A stretch of 59,220 nucleotides of DNA from a virus (taxonomy: Duplodnaviria; Caudoviricetes): positions 1 to 59,220 of IMG/VR virus record IMGVR_UViG_3300034012_001519. One strand, given 5' to 3'. The translations under genes were made by a program, and so were the position numbers. Of the stretch, positions 24,756 through 34,471 are shown in pieces (the stretch's first letter is position 1; the number at the start of each line of letters is the position of its first letter). The notes beneath the pieces were generated by a model, which was not told where the DNA came from, made no database searches, and saw only the letters and a list, made by a program, of their open reading frames with translations.

Positions 24756-25367
24756 ATGGCAAACCCAGCAAAGCTAGACGCCCTTCTCCGCGGCATCGCA
24801 GGCCAGGCACCAGAGGCCAAGTACATCCGGGCGTATCACGGCAGCCCTTATGACTTCGACCGCTTTGAGGCAAGCAAGATCGGCTCTGGCGAGGGGCGCG
24901 CCTCACACGGCCATGGATTCTACCTGACAAAAGCCAACGACCTTGCTGAATACTATCGGCCTAAAGGCGGGCGCGTTTATGAGGTCGAAATACCGAGAAG
25001 GCAAGACGAGCTTCTGGACTGGGGCACGCCCGTCCTTCAGCAGCCGCAGCAAATCCAAGATGCTATTCGGGAGCTTCTGGACCGAGAGGCTGTCTACCTC
25101 AAGGGCGGCAAGGCGTACGATCAGATCGCCAAGCACTATGGGGACGGCCTGAGTGACAGCCGTGCTTCTGACCTGTTGTTTGAGCGCGGCATCTTTGGAA
25201 ATACATTCCTGGGCGCAAGGCAGGCCGATGGCATGCGCGCCCGCAATTACGTGATGTTCCCAGGCACCGAAGACTCCATCCGCATCCTGCGGAAGTACGG
25301 CATCATGGCTCCAATAGCGGCGAGCGCTGCTTCGGCAGGCGGCCAGCAGCAGGCGGAAGTGCAGTAG
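24756..25367 (+). CDS. ADP-ribosyltransferase-like (ART-PolyVal-type) protein
   Basis: AYHGSPYDFDRF...IGSGEG...GHGFYLT...A.YY...VYEVEI...NYVMF. Confidence 0.65.
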   Translation: MANPAKLDALLRGIAGQAPEAKYIRAYHGSPYDFDRFEASKIGSGEGRASHGHGFYLTKANDLAEYYRPKGGRVYEVEIPRRQDELLDWGTPVLQQPQQIQDAIRELLDREAVYLKGGKAYDQIAKHYGDGLSDSRASDLLFERGIFGNTFLGARQADGMRARNYVMFPGTEDSIRILRKYGIMAPIAASAASAGGQQQAEVQ

Positions 25368-25436
25368 GTGTAACAATTTCGCCCCTATAGCGGCATTAAA
25401 CCTTTCAGAGCCAACTCCCCCGAGGCACTGAGGTTT

Positions 25437-26450
25437 ATGTCGGACGAAATTGTTAACGAAGCGCCGGTAGCAGAAGCACCCGCCCCCGAGGCGTCCGCTC
25501 CCGTTGAGCAACAGTCGCAGGGCTTCTCCACGCCCTACGAAGCGTTCCGCCATCTCCCAGAATTTGCCGGCCAAGACGATCTGGCCATTGCCCAGGATCT
25601 GTATCGCTCCAAGCAGGGCTACCTGGAAAGCCAGCGGGTTCTCTCCCAGTACCAGAACCTGATCCCGCAGGCCAATGAGTACCTCCGCAACAAGGCGGAG
25701 TACGAGCGTTGGCAGTCCGCCCAGCGTGAGGCTGCCCAGCCGAAGCCGGCCGAGAAGCCGAAGTGGTGGGCGCCTCCCAGCGTTGAGGAATCGTACAAGT
25801 CCTACATCGTCCGTGATCCGCAGACGGGCAAAGAGGTCATTGACCCCAACGCCCCGTACGAAGCCCAGCAGGCTCTGCGGAAGTACCAGGACTACACAGC
25901 GAACTTCGCCCGCAAGTTCGTCACGGATCCCGAGAACACGCTGAAGCCGTTCATCGAAGACGTTGCCATGCAGAAGGCCAAGGAGCTGGTCGAACAGCAC
26001 CTCGGCCAGTACCAGGCGCAGAACTATGTCCAGGATCTGGAACGCCAGAACGCGGATTGGCTCTACGACGAGGCGGGCAACATCTCGCGGGAAGGCCAGG
26101 CGATTCAGGCGTATATCCAGCAGGCTTCGGAGTTTGGAATCAATTCTCCGGAAGCTCGTTGGAAGTTTGCGACAGGCATGCTCCAGCGTGATCTCCTGAA
26201 CGTCCGCTATCAGCAGATGCAGCAGGCTCCCGTGCCGCAGCCAATGCCGCCGCAGATGCCGCAGGGCTATGCCGAGCCGGCTGCCCCGCCCTCGGACCCC
26301 GTGGCGGAGAGCAACATGCAGTTCCTTCGGGAACGTGCGACCCGAACCCCCAACCGTAGTGCTGGAACCACTGAGCCGCGGGCACCTCGCCAGCGGATGT
26401 CTTTTGAAGAGAGGCTTCGCGGCCAACTCGTTAACGATGGAGTGATCTGA
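25437..26450 (+). CDS. Capsid scaffolding protein (putative)
   Basis: Acidic disordered N-terminus; helical; directly upstream of and coupled to the capsid gene. Confidence 0.65.
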   Translation: MSDEIVNEAPVAEAPAPEASAPVEQQSQGFSTPYEAFRHLPEFAGQDDLAIAQDLYRSKQGYLESQRVLSQYQNLIPQANEYLRNKAEYERWQSAQREAAQPKPAEKPKWWAPPSVEESYKSYIVRDPQTGKEVIDPNAPYEAQQALRKYQDYTANFARKFVTDPENTLKPFIEDVAMQKAKELVEQHLGQYQAQNYVQDLERQNADWLYDEAGNISREGQAIQAYIQQASEFGINSPEARWKFATGMLQRDLLNVRYQQMQQAPVPQPMPPQMPQGYAEPAAPPSDPVAESNMQFLRERATRTPNRSAGTTEPRAPRQRMSFEERLRGQLVNDGVI

Positions 26451-27562
26451 TGAGCAGTTCGACCGACTGGGCTCGTTCCATTGCAACGACGATTGTCAAT
26501 CATCTCCGTGAGGAAGAGATTGCGTCGTTGCGGAAGTTTAAGTTCTTCGCTGCCCTTGAGGGTGCGGGCCGTATCCGCACCAACATGAGTGGCCGTGGCT
26601 TCGACTGGGAAATCCAGTACCGGAACCACAATCCCTCTGGGAATAATGGTGAGACTCCTCGCAGCTTCGCCCGCGAGAATCTCTGGAAGAAATTAGAGTT
26701 GGAGTATCGGGGGGCCCAGGTCACCGATGCCATCTACAAGAAGGAAATGCTGGAGAACCGCTCGGCTCAAGCTCTTGTGAACGTGGCCGGGAAAATGGCG
26801 AGCCGTCTGCTCACTTCGATGGAGCAGTACCTGGCCAAGGAGTGGGTGCAGGACGGTTACGCGGCCGGCAATGAGCTGCGGTTCCACGGCATCGAATCGT
26901 TCATGGGCGCGACCCAGACGATTGACGCCACTCTGGCTGGTGCCACGGCCCGCTCGGCCAACGGTGCTGACCCGTTCTACTACCCGAACGACACCTACGC
27001 CGGTCTTTCGACCGTCCTCGGTGCGTACGGCGGCTCGGCGGACGGCGTGTCGATGTGGCCGAACGGCGATGTCGATCCGGAGTTCGACTTCTTCAGCCCG
27101 GTGATTGTGAACGCGGACAGCTCGTACTTCGGGGCTTCGACCTGGAAGGACAACTGCTCCAAGGCCCTGCGTGAGGCGATCCACCAGACCCGCCGGAACG
27201 ACACCAAGGAAGACCAGATCGACATGGTTCTCCTGGACCGGCGGCTGTACATCGACTTCCTCAACACGCTGGATGCCAAGGAGCGTGTCATCGTCAGCCG
27301 GACCAACGGTCTGCGGAGCTACGGCTTCACGGATGTGTTTGAGTTCGACGGCGTGGAGGTCGGGAGCGAGGTGAGTGTTCCTGCCAACACCGGCTACGGT
27401 CTGGCGACGGGCAACATCGAACTCCTCTGCATGGAAGGTCAGTTGATGACCTCTGAGGGGCCGTTCTACGACGAGATCACGCAGCAGTACCGCTACGTGG
27501 TGTCCACGCTCGGCAACCTCAAGTTCAAGAGCCCGCGTAACTTCTTCAAGCTCGTTGTCTGA
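26450..27562 (+). CDS. Major capsid protein
   Basis: 370 aa; strongly biased codons; ELRFHGIESF and GNLKFKSPR resemble HK97-fold phage coats; position after scaffold. Confidence 0.8.
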   Translation: MSSSTDWARSIATTIVNHLREEEIASLRKFKFFAALEGAGRIRTNMSGRGFDWEIQYRNHNPSGNNGETPRSFARENLWKKLELEYRGAQVTDAIYKKEMLENRSAQALVNVAGKMASRLLTSMEQYLAKEWVQDGYAAGNELRFHGIESFMGATQTIDATLAGATARSANGADPFYYPNDTYAGLSTVLGAYGGSADGVSMWPNGDVDPEFDFFSPVIVNADSSYFGASTWKDNCSKALREAIHQTRRNDTKEDQIDMVLLDRRLYIDFLNTLDAKERVIVSRTNGLRSYGFTDVFEFDGVEVGSEVSVPANTGYGLATGNIELLCMEGQLMTSEGPFYDEITQQYRYVVSTLGNLKFKSPRNFFKLVV

Positions 27563-27582
27563 AACCAAGGAGATAGTGAAAC

Positions 27583-28173
27583 ATGAGTCTGTTGATTGAT
27601 CCGCCGTTCGCCCTTGGTCAGACGCTGGGCGTCAGCTCCACCGCTGACGGCCAGAACTGGGTTGGGGTACTGAAGCAGTTTCCTGACGTTGATCCGAACA
27701 CCGGCCGCGTGCGGTCGAATCGGGTGAAGACCTGCGTGGCGGTGCGAAATGCGGCCAGTGTCGCTCTCGCTCCGAAGCGTCTGGTGCGGTTTGCGGTCGG
27801 CACTGCCGGCCTCTCGGTCTTCTCGGCCGTTGACGGCTATGCGGCCGTGACGAACGAGGAGCGGGTGGGCGTTGTGGATGAGTTCCTGCCGGCCGGCGGC
27901 GTGGCTGTGAACGATGTGTTCTGGGTGACGGTGTCGGGTCCGACTGAGGTCGCTGTGGCGCTCTCGGGCACGGATGTGGCGGTTGGTAATCGGCTGTCGG
28001 CCATCACGGCCGCGGCCAGCACCAGCTCCACCGCCGGCCGCGTGACGCCGTCGCCGCTGTCGGCTTCGACCGCTGGTGCCAACGACAACGGCATCGGCGT
28101 GCTGGGCCGTGCGTGCAGTGCAGGGGCGACCACCGGGACGAACGTCCTGGCGATCCTCCAGACCCGGTATTGA
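27583..28173 (+). CDS. Capsid decoration/cement protein (putative)
   Basis: Ala/Gly/Val/Thr-rich; GVVDEFL...FWVTVSGP; follows the capsid gene and precedes a terminator. Confidence 0.6.
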   Translation: MSLLIDPPFALGQTLGVSSTADGQNWVGVLKQFPDVDPNTGRVRSNRVKTCVAVRNAASVALAPKRLVRFAVGTAGLSVFSAVDGYAAVTNEERVGVVDEFLPAGGVAVNDVFWVTVSGPTEVAVALSGTDVAVGNRLSAITAAASTSSTAGRVTPSPLSASTAGANDNGIGVLGRACSAGATTGTNVLAILQTRY

Positions 28174-28199
28174 ACATGCCCTGTTTGGGGCTAGGGGGG

Positions 28200-28235
28200 A
28201 GCCTCTGATCTGGGCAACCGGGTCAGAGGCTTTTC
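28200..28235 (+). terminator. Rho-independent terminator
   Basis: GCCTCTGATCTGG-GCAA-CCGGGTCAGAGGC followed by TTTT. Confidence 0.75.
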
Positions 28236-28252
28236 CACTTTCTATCTAGAAC

Positions 28253-28399
28253 ATGAACGATCCGGCGATTCAAAACCTGGACTACCTGCGGCAGCTCATT
28301 GCAGAGGTGCGTGGAGAGAATCCGTACCTGGACATGCTTCGGCTACGGATGATGCAAGACACCGGCATGGGCGTTGATCAAATAGTGGAGGAGAGCTGA
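28253..28399 (+). CDS. Small hypothetical protein (48 aa, not in ORF track)
   Basis: MNDPAIQNLDYLRQL...; TGATG coupling to the next gene. Confidence 0.55.
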   Translation: MNDPAIQNLDYLRQLIAEVRGENPYLDMLRLRMMQDTGMGVDQIVEES

Positions 28400-30252
28400 T
28401 GAACGCCATGTTTTCCGGCGGCTCTTTTGGGCGGCGACCGACTCCTCCCGCCAAACAGTCCACGCAAGGTGGCGGCTCGGGGCAGTTCAACTACAGCGCC
28501 TGGCTCCAGAGCCCCGAGCGATACTCGCCGGAATCCCAGCAGGCATGGCAACAGGCCGGCTCGCCCAAGTCATTCAGACCCGGCCAGGCCCAGCCCATCC
28601 AGCCGCAGTCGCAGGGCACGCCATACGGCCAGCAGGGTTACGCGCCAAGCACTCCCGGCACAGGCGGCCAACAGTCACCGTACCCGACCCCGCTGCCTGC
28701 CGCTGACGTTCGTCGCACCGAGCCGCTGGCTGGCACTCCGCTGCCACACATACCTCCCGGGTCACAAATCGAAGGCTGGGGCTATCAGGGGTGGACGCCA
28801 AGCACGCCAAACCAATCCTGGCCGGGCGTCAGCCAGAACCCGTGGCAGAACAACCCGTCCAATCCGCCGCCGGCTGGCACTCAGTGGCAGCGTGTGAATG
28901 AAGGATCACGCAGCGAAGGCTGGATGCCAGTGCCGATCAAAAACTCGCAAGGCGGCCAGCAGCCGCCGTTCACGCAGACCATGCAGACGCCATTCGGGCA
29001 GATGAACCCGAATCAGTATTACCAGCAGCGGGATGCGTTTATCCAGACGGCTAACGACCAGATGGGCCAGTACATGGCCAACGGTGGCGTGTACCAGGGC
29101 CAGGGGGCACCGCCGCCAACGTGGGGCCAGCAGCCGCAGTTCAACCCCATGCAGATGTGGGGCCAGGCCGGCGACATGGTGCAGCAGGGATGGCAGAACC
29201 CGTACGCCCAGCAGCCTTATGGTCAGCAGTATGGTGGCGGCGGATACATGGGCCAGCCGCCAGCCGCCCCGCCGGCTCCTCCGCAGCAAACGCCGCCCCC
29301 TGCCGCGCCGCAGCAGCAGCCCAGCCCGATGGCCACGTATTTGCAGTCCATGGGCGGTGCGCTGAACAGCGGCATGCCTACTCCCGCCGAGGGCCCCAAT
29401 TTAATCCGCGACCTAATTGGTGATTTTAATCGCGCCGCCATGCAGCCCGAGAAGCGCGGAGGCAGTGGGCGCGGGTACGAAGCCGCATACCAACAGGTGC
29501 TAAAGGCTGCGCAGGACAGCGGAGCTTTCCCACAAGAGGAGATGGACAAGCTGACGGCGGAGTACGATTACCGCAAAAAGCAGGACGAGGCGACTAAGCG
29601 GCTAACCGCGGCCGGCATGGACCCCAGTGCGTACCACTACCTAATGAAACAAGAGCGTGAAGGACGAGCCGCATTTAAGCCGTTGCGGCCAGAGGAAAAG
29701 CTCTTGACTGGCGCAGATGTAACCTCATTGCCGATGTTCGGGGATCTGCAACGTGGGGATCGCGTCACAAAGCGTGACACCCCATCGGGCCCAGAGTACA
29801 CCATTTACGACTGGCGAGGCGTTGACAAGGCGACGGTCGGTGAGGACGGCGCTTACCGCATTCGGAGAAAGGCCGGGCCAAGCAAAAAGGAGCCCGAGTA
29901 TCAGGGCGCACTGTCGGCGGCCGAGGCAAGCGACCCTAACGCCACGGCAGATGCTGTGTGGCGTTCTGGCCTGGCGCAGCAGCAGCAGGATTTGATGAGA
30001 AAAGCCAGCATGGCCGCTGTGGCGAACGGCTCGTTTAACAATGTGACAGGGCAGTGGACGCAGAAGGACGCACTGGCGAGGGTCAGCGCCGCCAACCAGG
30101 CCGCCAGTGGCCAGCCCACTGATCAGGCCGACCAGCTTCAGAAGTCGCGAGCCGCGCATATGGCGGCAATTAATTCGCAGGCCAACAAGCAGTGGCTGGT
30201 CTCCATGTCCCCGGCCAACCGCCGCATCTACTCAATGATGCAGCAGATATAG
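28399..30252 (+). CDS. Gln/Pro/Gly-rich low-complexity protein
   Basis: 617-aa ORF with a GGAGGAG SD. Confidence 0.7.
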   Translation: MNAMFSGGSFGRRPTPPAKQSTQGGGSGQFNYSAWLQSPERYSPESQQAWQQAGSPKSFRPGQAQPIQPQSQGTPYGQQGYAPSTPGTGGQQSPYPTPLPAADVRRTEPLAGTPLPHIPPGSQIEGWGYQGWTPSTPNQSWPGVSQNPWQNNPSNPPPAGTQWQRVNEGSRSEGWMPVPIKNSQGGQQPPFTQTMQTPFGQMNPNQYYQQRDAFIQTANDQMGQYMANGGVYQGQGAPPPTWGQQPQFNPMQMWGQAGDMVQQGWQNPYAQQPYGQQYGGGGYMGQPPAAPPAPPQQTPPPAAPQQQPSPMATYLQSMGGALNSGMPTPAEGPNLIRDLIGDFNRAAMQPEKRGGSGRGYEAAYQQVLKAAQDSGAFPQEEMDKLTAEYDYRKKQDEATKRLTAAGMDPSAYHYLMKQEREGRAAFKPLRPEEKLLTGADVTSLPMFGDLQRGDRVTKRDTPSGPEYTIYDWRGVDKATVGEDGAYRIRRKAGPSKKEPEYQGALSAAEASDPNATADAVWRSGLAQQQQDLMRKASMAAVANGSFNNVTGQWTQKDALARVSAANQAASGQPTDQADQLQKSRAAHMAAINSQANKQWLVSMSPANRRIYSMMQQI

Positions 30253-30281
30253 TTGCATCCGGCGGCGCGCTAGTGTAAACT
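30253..30281 (+). promoter_or_regulatory. Sigma70-like promoter TTGCAT-N17-TAAACT
   Basis: Intergenic; canonical spacing. Confidence 0.5.
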
Positions 30282-30307
30282 TGTCTACCTATCCCCCGAG
30301 GTGACAT

Positions 30308-31180
30308 ATGCAGCAAAAGTTCAACGTCGGCATCGTTACTTTCTCTTACGGTGGCAACGGCGGCATCTCGTCAGAACACCCAGATGTGCGCGAATGGATG
30401 ATCCCCGTAGTCCTTGACCTCTCCAAGGATGACCGCGTGGGCAGCATCCGCGTCTGGAACCTGTCAGACACGCCCATCACCATGACCCGCAACCGGGCTG
30501 TCATTCAGGCTCGGGAGTACGGCGTGGACGTTCTGGTGATGGTGGACAGCGACATGAAGCCGGACATGCTCGCCGGCCATCCTGGCTCCCGGCCGTTCTT
30601 CAAGAGCAGTCTGGACTTCCTCATCAACCACTACCACAAGGGTCCATGTTGCATTGGTGCCCCGTACTGTGGCCCGCCGCCGCAGGAGTGCGTGTATGTC
30701 TTCCGGTGGAACAACTGGGCTTCAGACAATCCGAACCCCGACTTCCAACTGGAGATGTACGACCGCCACACTGCCGTGAAGATGGCCGGCATCCAGGAGT
30801 GCGCCGCGTTGCCGACCGGGCTGATCATGTACGACATGCGATGCTTCGACCTTACGGAACCCAAGAGCGAAGCCGACAAGCCGTGGTTTTTTTACGAGTG
30901 GAAGGACAAGTATTGCGCTGAGAAGGCTTCCACTGAAGATGTGACAATGACCCGCGACCTGTCCATGGTCGGCTCCCAGAAACTTGGCTATAGCCCGGTG
31001 TACTGCAACTGGGACGCCTGGGCCGGTCATTGGAAGCCGAAGTGTGTTGGTAAGCCGCAGGTGCTGGCGGCGAAGGATATCAGCAGCAAGATGAAGGCAT
31101 GCTGGGAGGCGAACGTCGATCCAGGCGTGAAGCTGGTAGACATATCGCCGCCGGCCTGGCTGAAGAGTGTCAACGTATAA
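30308..31180 (+). CDS. GT-A fold (family 2-like) glycosyltransferase
   Basis: ITMTRNRAV, LVMVDSDM (DxD), PTGLIMY, PWF, TEDV motifs. Confidence 0.7.
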   Translation: MQQKFNVGIVTFSYGGNGGISSEHPDVREWMIPVVLDLSKDDRVGSIRVWNLSDTPITMTRNRAVIQAREYGVDVLVMVDSDMKPDMLAGHPGSRPFFKSSLDFLINHYHKGPCCIGAPYCGPPPQECVYVFRWNNWASDNPNPDFQLEMYDRHTAVKMAGIQECAALPTGLIMYDMRCFDLTEPKSEADKPWFFYEWKDKYCAEKASTEDVTMTRDLSMVGSQKLGYSPVYCNWDAWAGHWKPKCVGKPQVLAAKDISSKMKACWEANVDPGVKLVDISPPAWLKSVNV

Positions 31181-31790
31181 GACTTGCATTCAGTGCGGGA
31201 CATCGTATCCCGCCACCACCGAGAACTTTCACAAGTCCAAGGATGGGCTGCACGCGCGGTGCCGTCGCTGCCGGAACGACAAGCTCAAGGGTGAGCGTAA
31301 ACAGGTCCGCAACAAGCGGCTGGCCAGGATTGAGAAGTCGGCCATCGACTCCTTCGTCAAAGCCTCTCGGCTTGGCGGTGCGAACATCCCGCACTCGTCG
31401 GAGCTCCTTGAGATCCTCATGGACTACTTCGGCGGCGTCCGTGGGTTCGCAAACGCATTCCTGAAACAATTTTACGAAGCCCCAGTCGGCGGTGCCTTCC
31501 GCACAAAGATGCTTGACACCGTCGTTCGCTTAGTTGTGGGAAACACGGCTATGGGAGGTGCCAAGAAGCCATTGGAGTTAATGACCGAAGAGGAACTGGA
31601 AGCCGAGCTGCGACGGCAAGTCCTTGAGGCGGCCATGAGCATGCAGCATGTCAATGTGGTGGAGAGCGTGCCGGGCCTTCCCGCGCCTCAGATCCCCGCC
31701 CCCGAGCAGCAAACTGTGGTTTATGTAGACCGCGCGACCCAAACGGCGCCTGAGGATTCGGTCGGTGGAGGAGCAAACCGGGAGCCATGA
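31167..31790 (+). CDS. Zn-finger protein; candidate terminase small subunit
   Basis: CxxC...F...CxxC N-terminus; MTEEELEAEL C-terminal motif; upstream of the large terminase. Confidence 0.45.
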   Translation: MSTYKTCIQCGTSYPATTENFHKSKDGLHARCRRCRNDKLKGERKQVRNKRLARIEKSAIDSFVKASRLGGANIPHSSELLEILMDYFGGVRGFANAFLKQFYEAPVGGAFRTKMLDTVVRLVVGNTAMGGAKKPLELMTEEELEAELRRQVLEAAMSMQHVNVVESVPGLPAPQIPAPEQQTVVYVDRATQTAPEDSVGGGANREP

Positions 31791-32266
31791 GGAAGTCTGT
31801 TAAGGAGAGGCTGGTCAGTAAGTCCGTAGTCGCAGACAGCGGTTGCTGGGAATGGCAGGGCGGGCGATTCAATACAGGCTATGGGGCAGTAAGTGACAAG
31901 GGTCGCACTCGCTATGCGCACCGCGTGTCATACGCCGAATTTAATGGGGAGATTCCGGACGGCATGCTTGTCTGCCATCGCTGCGACAACCCGATATGCG
32001 TGAATCCAAAACACCTGTTCTTGGGGACTCCTGCCGACAACATGGCCGACAAGGCCGCTAAAGGGCGGTCCATGCGTGGAGCGCGGAGCAGCACGGTCAA
32101 GCTAACTGAGCCAGAGGTGCGGTGCATTAAGGCTTTCCTGCGGCGGAATCCTCCAGTGCGGGGCAGTCACGGCGGGCCATGCACTTTCCTGGCGAGGTGG
32201 TTCGGGGTGTCGCAAACAGCCATTTCCTTGATCCATGCCGGCCGAAACTGGGCGTGGCTGGTCTAA
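31787..32266 (+). CDS. HNH homing endonuclease
   Basis: CWEWQG, AHRVSY, VCHRCDNPICVNPKHLFLGT..DN; C-terminal HTH. Confidence 0.92.
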   Translation: MRKSVKERLVSKSVVADSGCWEWQGGRFNTGYGAVSDKGRTRYAHRVSYAEFNGEIPDGMLVCHRCDNPICVNPKHLFLGTPADNMADKAAKGRSMRGARSSTVKLTEPEVRCIKAFLRRNPPVRGSHGGPCTFLARWFGVSQTAISLIHAGRNWAWLV

Positions 32267-32281
32267 AAGTTGAGGTGATTG

Positions 32282-32482
32282 ATGGACAGAGTGTGCCGAA
32301 CTTGCCGCTGGTCGGAGGTCATACCACAGACGGACTTGCTGCGATGCCATCGCATGCCCCCGGTGGTGAGCTTCCCGGCGGTAGCGCGGAATGACTACTG
32401 CGGCGAATGGTCTTCGCCAACGATCCAGCAATTGAACGAGCGTGCGAAAGCATCCGAAGATCCCGCCGCCTCCGAAGGCTGA
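32282..32482 (+). CDS. Small Cys-containing phage protein (CxxCRW...CHRxPP...CGEW)
   Basis: Recognisable motif; GAGGTG SD. Confidence 0.6.
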   Translation: MDRVCRTCRWSEVIPQTDLLRCHRMPPVVSFPAVARNDYCGEWSSPTIQQLNERAKASEDPAASEG

Positions 32483-34130
32483 CGGGCCGATAGGCGGGCT
32501 CACGCAGCACGCCCTGACGCAGATGAAGGACGTTCAGACCGCGCTCACTGAGCGCCGTCTGGAGGCCCTGCGCCTTTGGGTTCCGATGCCGAAACAGGAG
32601 GCGTTCCATTCCTGCCGGGCGAGCGAGCGACTGGTCATCGGAGGCAACCGTAGCGGCAAGAGTGCATGCACATTCATTGAAGACGCCCGCGCGGCGACAG
32701 GCCAGGATCCGCACGCCAAGTACCCAAAGGAAAACGGGAACTTGGTAATCATCGGCAAGAACTGGCAGCACATCGGCATGGTGGTCTATCCCATGCTTTT
32801 CAAAGCCGGGGCGTTTCGGATTATCCGCGATGAAGTGACCGGAGCCTGGCGTGCCTTCAATCCGGCGAGCGATGGTCACCGCAAGGACGAGTCCAAGCCA
32901 GCTCCCCCATTGATCCCGCCACGGATGATCAAAGACATGGCGTGGACGCAGAAGAACGCAGGCTATCTCAATAAGGCGGACCTGACCAACGGCTGGACGA
33001 TCTACTGCTTCTCTTCCGAGGGCGAGCCGCCGCAGGGCTTCCAGGCAGACCTCGTCCATATCGACGAGGACATCAACAACGAGCGGTGGGTGGGCGAAAT
33101 GCAGGCCCGCCTCTCGGATCGCAAAGGTCGCTTTGTGTGGTCGGCCATGCCGTGGTCCAAGAATGATGCCTTGCTTGGCCTGTGCGAGCGGGCCGACCGC
33201 GCCGAGGAAGATGGTGTCCAAGACCCGATCATCCGGAAGTTCGTCCTGCGCTTTTTGGACAACGACCACATCGACCAGGAAGAGAAGAAGAAGAACCTGG
33301 AGCGGTGGGCGGCCCTCGGCCAGGACGAACTGAAGATGCGAGCCGAGGGTGAGTTCACCACCGGCTCCACGCTGATGTACCCGACGTTCAATGCGTCGGT
33401 CCACATGATGGGCCGCTCGGAACTTCCTGACGGCCAGATCCCGGCGGACTGGACGCGGTACGTGGCGATTGACCCCGGCCATGCCGTCATGGCTACGCTG
33501 TTCGCTGCGGTCCCGCCGGACGAGAAGTTCATCCTCTTCTATGACGAACTGTACATCCGCAACTGCAATGCCCTGATCTGGGGCGAGCAGTTCTTTGCCA
33601 AGGCTCAGAACCAGTACATCTACGCCGCCATCATGGACATGCACGGCGGCGCCCTCCGGGACTTGGGTTCGGGCCGCCTGCCACATGAGATGTACTCCGA
33701 GGAGCTGAAGAAACGGAACCTCCGCTTCGCCCTCACGGCCCACCAGTTCCTCCCGGGATCCGATGACATCCCGGCCCGCACGGCCATGGTGCGGCAGTAC
33801 ATGCACATCCGCGGTGACGGGACCACCAAGTTCAAAATCCTGGAAGGTGGCTGCCCGAACCTCGTACGGGAGCTGAAGCGGTATCGCAAGAAGACCACCA
33901 CCGTCAACGGCCAGGTCTACGTGACCGACGAGCCGCAGACGCGGGGCGAGGTTCACGCCTGCCAGACCGCGGAGTACCTCTGCGCCTACGAACCCAAGTA
34001 CCACCGGCCGCCGACGCAGGTTGGCCCAGAGCCGTGGTGGGTGAAGTGGCATGCCAATCGTCTGATGAGACAACGGAAGTCCGAAGACCCGTGTATTTTC
34101 CTAGCCCCCAGTGGGAGTATTAAGCGATGA
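32442..34130 (+). CDS. terL: Terminase large subunit
   Basis: Walker A GGNRSGKS; Walker B VHIDED; nuclease motif YVAIDPG. Confidence 0.92.
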   Translation: MRKHPKIPPPPKADGPIGGLTQHALTQMKDVQTALTERRLEALRLWVPMPKQEAFHSCRASERLVIGGNRSGKSACTFIEDARAATGQDPHAKYPKENGNLVIIGKNWQHIGMVVYPMLFKAGAFRIIRDEVTGAWRAFNPASDGHRKDESKPAPPLIPPRMIKDMAWTQKNAGYLNKADLTNGWTIYCFSSEGEPPQGFQADLVHIDEDINNERWVGEMQARLSDRKGRFVWSAMPWSKNDALLGLCERADRAEEDGVQDPIIRKFVLRFLDNDHIDQEEKKKNLERWAALGQDELKMRAEGEFTTGSTLMYPTFNASVHMMGRSELPDGQIPADWTRYVAIDPGHAVMATLFAAVPPDEKFILFYDELYIRNCNALIWGEQFFAKAQNQYIYAAIMDMHGGALRDLGSGRLPHEMYSEELKKRNLRFALTAHQFLPGSDDIPARTAMVRQYMHIRGDGTTKFKILEGGCPNLVRELKRYRKKTTTVNGQVYVTDEPQTRGEVHACQTAEYLCAYEPKYHRPPTQVGPEPWWVKWHANRLMRQRKSEDPCIFLAPSGSIKR

Positions 34131-34447
34131 GTTACGAGATGCCGAAGGCGGAAGTTGGTGAGATCGTCCTGTTCCAGACCCATGAAGGCGCCCCGCATGT
34201 GCCAGCCATCGTCTGCAAGGCGGCGTCCAGGACGGTGACCCTGTACGCCATGTCTGGGGAGGCTGGGGTGAGCATCAAGCCCTCGGTCCACCATGTCACG
34301 GACGAAGGGGTGAATGAGTTCCCGGAGTGGAAGAAGTACGGCTTCTGGGAGCATCGCCCCAAGGATCCCCGGATTTCCCTGCTTTCCGAGCGGCTGGCCC
34401 TGCTGGAGAAGAAGCTGGAGGCCCTGGAGCCCAAAAAGGCCAAGTGA
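34127..34447 (+). CDS. Hypothetical protein
   Basis: ATGA coupling to terL. Confidence 0.7.
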   Translation: MSYEMPKAEVGEIVLFQTHEGAPHVPAIVCKAASRTVTLYAMSGEAGVSIKPSVHHVTDEGVNEFPEWKKYGFWEHRPKDPRISLLSERLALLEKKLEALEPKKAK

Positions 34448-34471
34448 GGGCATTAGTCAGTAGGAGACGCC

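Noticed and set aside
24903-26486. 527-aa minus-strand ORF (likewise 32319-34073, 49231-50664, 55582-56727 and other long antisense ORFs)
   Set aside because: Shadow frames opposite well-supported genes in a GC-rich genome; no motifs or SD.
31787-32266. Group I intron carrying the HNH gene
   Set aside because: The HNH ORF is coupled directly to the upstream gene (ATGA) and followed within about 15 bp by the next ORF, leaving no room for an intron core; it looks free-standing.
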